Shown here piece after piece: positions 62,200 to 64,000 of a stretch of 64,000 nucleotides of DNA. The number at the start of each line of letters is the position of its first letter. Position 1 is the stretch's first letter. The notes beneath the pieces were generated by a model. It had not been told where the DNA came from and did no database searches. It saw only the letters and a program-made list of their open reading frames with translations. The DNA comes from Hydrolagus colliei (taxonomy: Eukaryota), in contig CM068747.1 in NCBI GenBank assembly GCA_035084275.1, positions 17,608,001 to 17,672,000 of the forward strand. Reading direction: 5' to 3'. The position numbers and the translations under genes were made by a program.

Positions 62200-62548
62200 T
62201 GGAGGTGGCTGTAAGCAGGACTTGAAAAGGGGAAGAGAGGGGGCAAGGTGGAGGTATTGAGGGAGAGTGTTCTAGAGTTTGGGGGCGTAGTCGCTGAAAG
62301 CGTGACCTCCAATCGTAAGGCAGAGGATGTGAGGGACGAGCAGAAGGCCAATGCCAGTCGACCAGAGCACCAGATGGTGGTTTGGGGAGTGAGGAGGTCA
62401 GAAAGATAGGGAGGTCTCTGTGAGTGGATTTGAACACGAGTGTGAGCATCTTGAAGTTGATCTGTTCGGCGATGGGAGGCCAACAGAGCTAATGTGATGT
62501 GGTACAGAATTTGGTCCGGGTCAGTATGCGGGCCGCAGAGTTCTGAAT
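62200..62548 (-). mobile_element. L2 fragment (40-kb subfamily)
   Basis: INFKMLTLVFKS..PPYLSDLLTPQT motifs on the minus strand. Confidence 0.85.
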
Positions 62549-62643
62549 CATTGATAATGCACTACCTTACTGAATATCACAAGAACAGCAGATCAGTTAA
62601 GATCTCCTATTTTATCTCATTCTTCTGCATACCCACTCTGCCA

Positions 62644-62870
62644 TAATAATAATACTTGCATTTGGTCTAGTACTTCATCATATCGGAAGGACATCTCAAA
62701 GCACTTCACAGAAATAATTGTGAAATACAGTGCATTTGTAGGAAAATGCAGAGCACAAATACGCACAGCAAAGTCCAACAAACAGCAATGAACATGAATG
62801 ACCAATTCTATTAGGGGGATGATTGGCCAAGACATCGGGATACTGCCTTCTCTTTTTGACTAGTGCCAGA
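62644..62870 (-). mobile_element. Old Deu-domain SINE 3' part
   Basis: Antisense of ggcactagtcaaaaagaga..gtcttggccaa..cattgctgtttgttgg..gctgtgcgt..gtgaagtgctttgagatgtcc..aaatgcaagtattatt. Confidence 0.72.
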
Positions 62871-63729
62871 GGCAAGCACCGAACAGTGTCCTGGCCTCAA
62901 CAACCTTGGGTATAAAAAGGAGGGAGGGGGAGAGAGGGGAGTTGTTGAGGTTTGGAGTTGGAATTAACTCTTGACTCTAACATTACTAATCTTAAAACTC
63001 TGAATCTCAGAAACTTTGAGACGTATTTACCCCTGGTGGTCAAAGTGTTGAGGATCAGTGGTTAGACATATTAGAATATGGGATATTAAACCTTGTTCAA
63101 GTTATATTGATATAATATTATCAATATGCTGTACAAGGATTGTATGCATGCTTGTGTTGAATGCTCCGAATGTGGCAATCTATATACTGTATATATAATA
63201 ATTTATATATATATATTATATGTGTGTTTATATCAAAGCCTGTGGGACAGACTGAATGAATGAAGAGTATTTTATTAATCACCAAGTATCTTGGTGTAAT
63301 TTGTGAGATCACTCTGACCGGGCACGAATCCCAAACAGTAACTGAGAGGGGAAGGATCGCTCCTTTCAGAGTGCACCTGAAAGGAGAGTGAAATTCTATC
63401 CCAGAGATAAGGATCACATGACACATCCATTAGTGAGCATCAGGATTAAAGATGGTGCATAACATATTTAAATAGAAAGAACAAGATCACTTTACATTGG
63501 ATAACTAACCAGGTAATTTAATAAAACTGACTACTGGAAATGAATAGAGACAGGTCCTTCTTCTAAATACGATAATATAGTTACCAGAAAACATAAGCCG
63601 TTTTTTTTCCTCAAAACAAAAGCAATTATAACAGATTAAAATAGTTCTTTTTCATGGTGTTCAATATATCAGAAAGGTGTAATTGTATAAAATCAGAATG
63701 AGGCATAAATACTCCCACTTCAATGTGGG

Positions 63730-64000
63730 GCCGTAAACCTTCTACTCCAAGACAATCCATTTTCTCCATCACCAACCAGCTCCTCCACCCACCCTCTCAC
63801 ACCTCACCCATCCTCAGCCCCATTGCCAAAAGCGAGGCGACACTGGACTTCCTCGAATCCAAGCGGAGGACCCTCTCAACTGCCTCTATCCTATCATCTA
63901 TTACCCTCTCCCCATCTCGCCTCACACCCAGGCTCCTACCCATCCCTCCCTTCCCACATTTGAACCTGTCTCCCACTCTCTCATTACCGCTTTAACCCTC
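63730..64000 (+). mobile_element. L2 ORF2 internal fragment (linker before RT), runs off the window
   Basis: Homologous to 10000-10260 (ttctactccaaga, tctccatcaccaaccagctcctcc, gacttcctc, ttgaacctgtctcccc). Confidence 0.78.

Noticed and set aside
1251-62870. Strand bias of SINEs relative to THSD7B, or CRISPR-like or prokaryotic systems
   Set aside because: Rough count shows only a mild excess on the minus strand; repeats are dispersed retroposons, not spaced arrays, and the DNA is eukaryotic intron

Overview
Vertebrate genomic DNA, AT-rich and repeat-dense, most likely from a cartilaginous fish (inferred from the L2/CR1/Deu-SINE repertoire; a chimaera is plausible but not demonstrable here). 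The only host coding sequence I can support is missed by the ORF track: a 169-nt minus-strand exon (49760-49928) carrying the start codon and signal peptide of THSD7B (MSLRDELGLVGWTWQSLRKFLLLLIFMVVQTQANLPEGTHYIWRT|G). Positions 1-49759 are therefore part of a >49.7-kb intron, and 49929-64000 is probably the upstream intron. Almost all longer ORFs in the track are pieces of decayed L2 or CR1 LINE ORF2, or chance ORFs in SINEs. The rest is retroposon and MITE archaeology: about 30 tRNA-headed SINE copies or fragments sharing a 3' stem-loop tail with L2, older Deu-domain SINEs, CR1 ends, a hAT MITE with an 8-bp TSD, two related TA-flanked Tigger-like MITEs and several hairpin elements. Most notable non-coding observations: a decayed hammerhead-ribozyme motif in a Penelope-type palindromic element interrupted by L2, twin SINEs with a private 14-bp duplication between the Pol III A and B boxes, a 20-nt CR1 micro-insertion, and a 103-nt near-perfect hairpin. 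I do not see convincing evidence of a wholly new multi-gene system. Repeat boundaries are approximate (about 10-20 nt) unless TSDs/TIRs are quoted.
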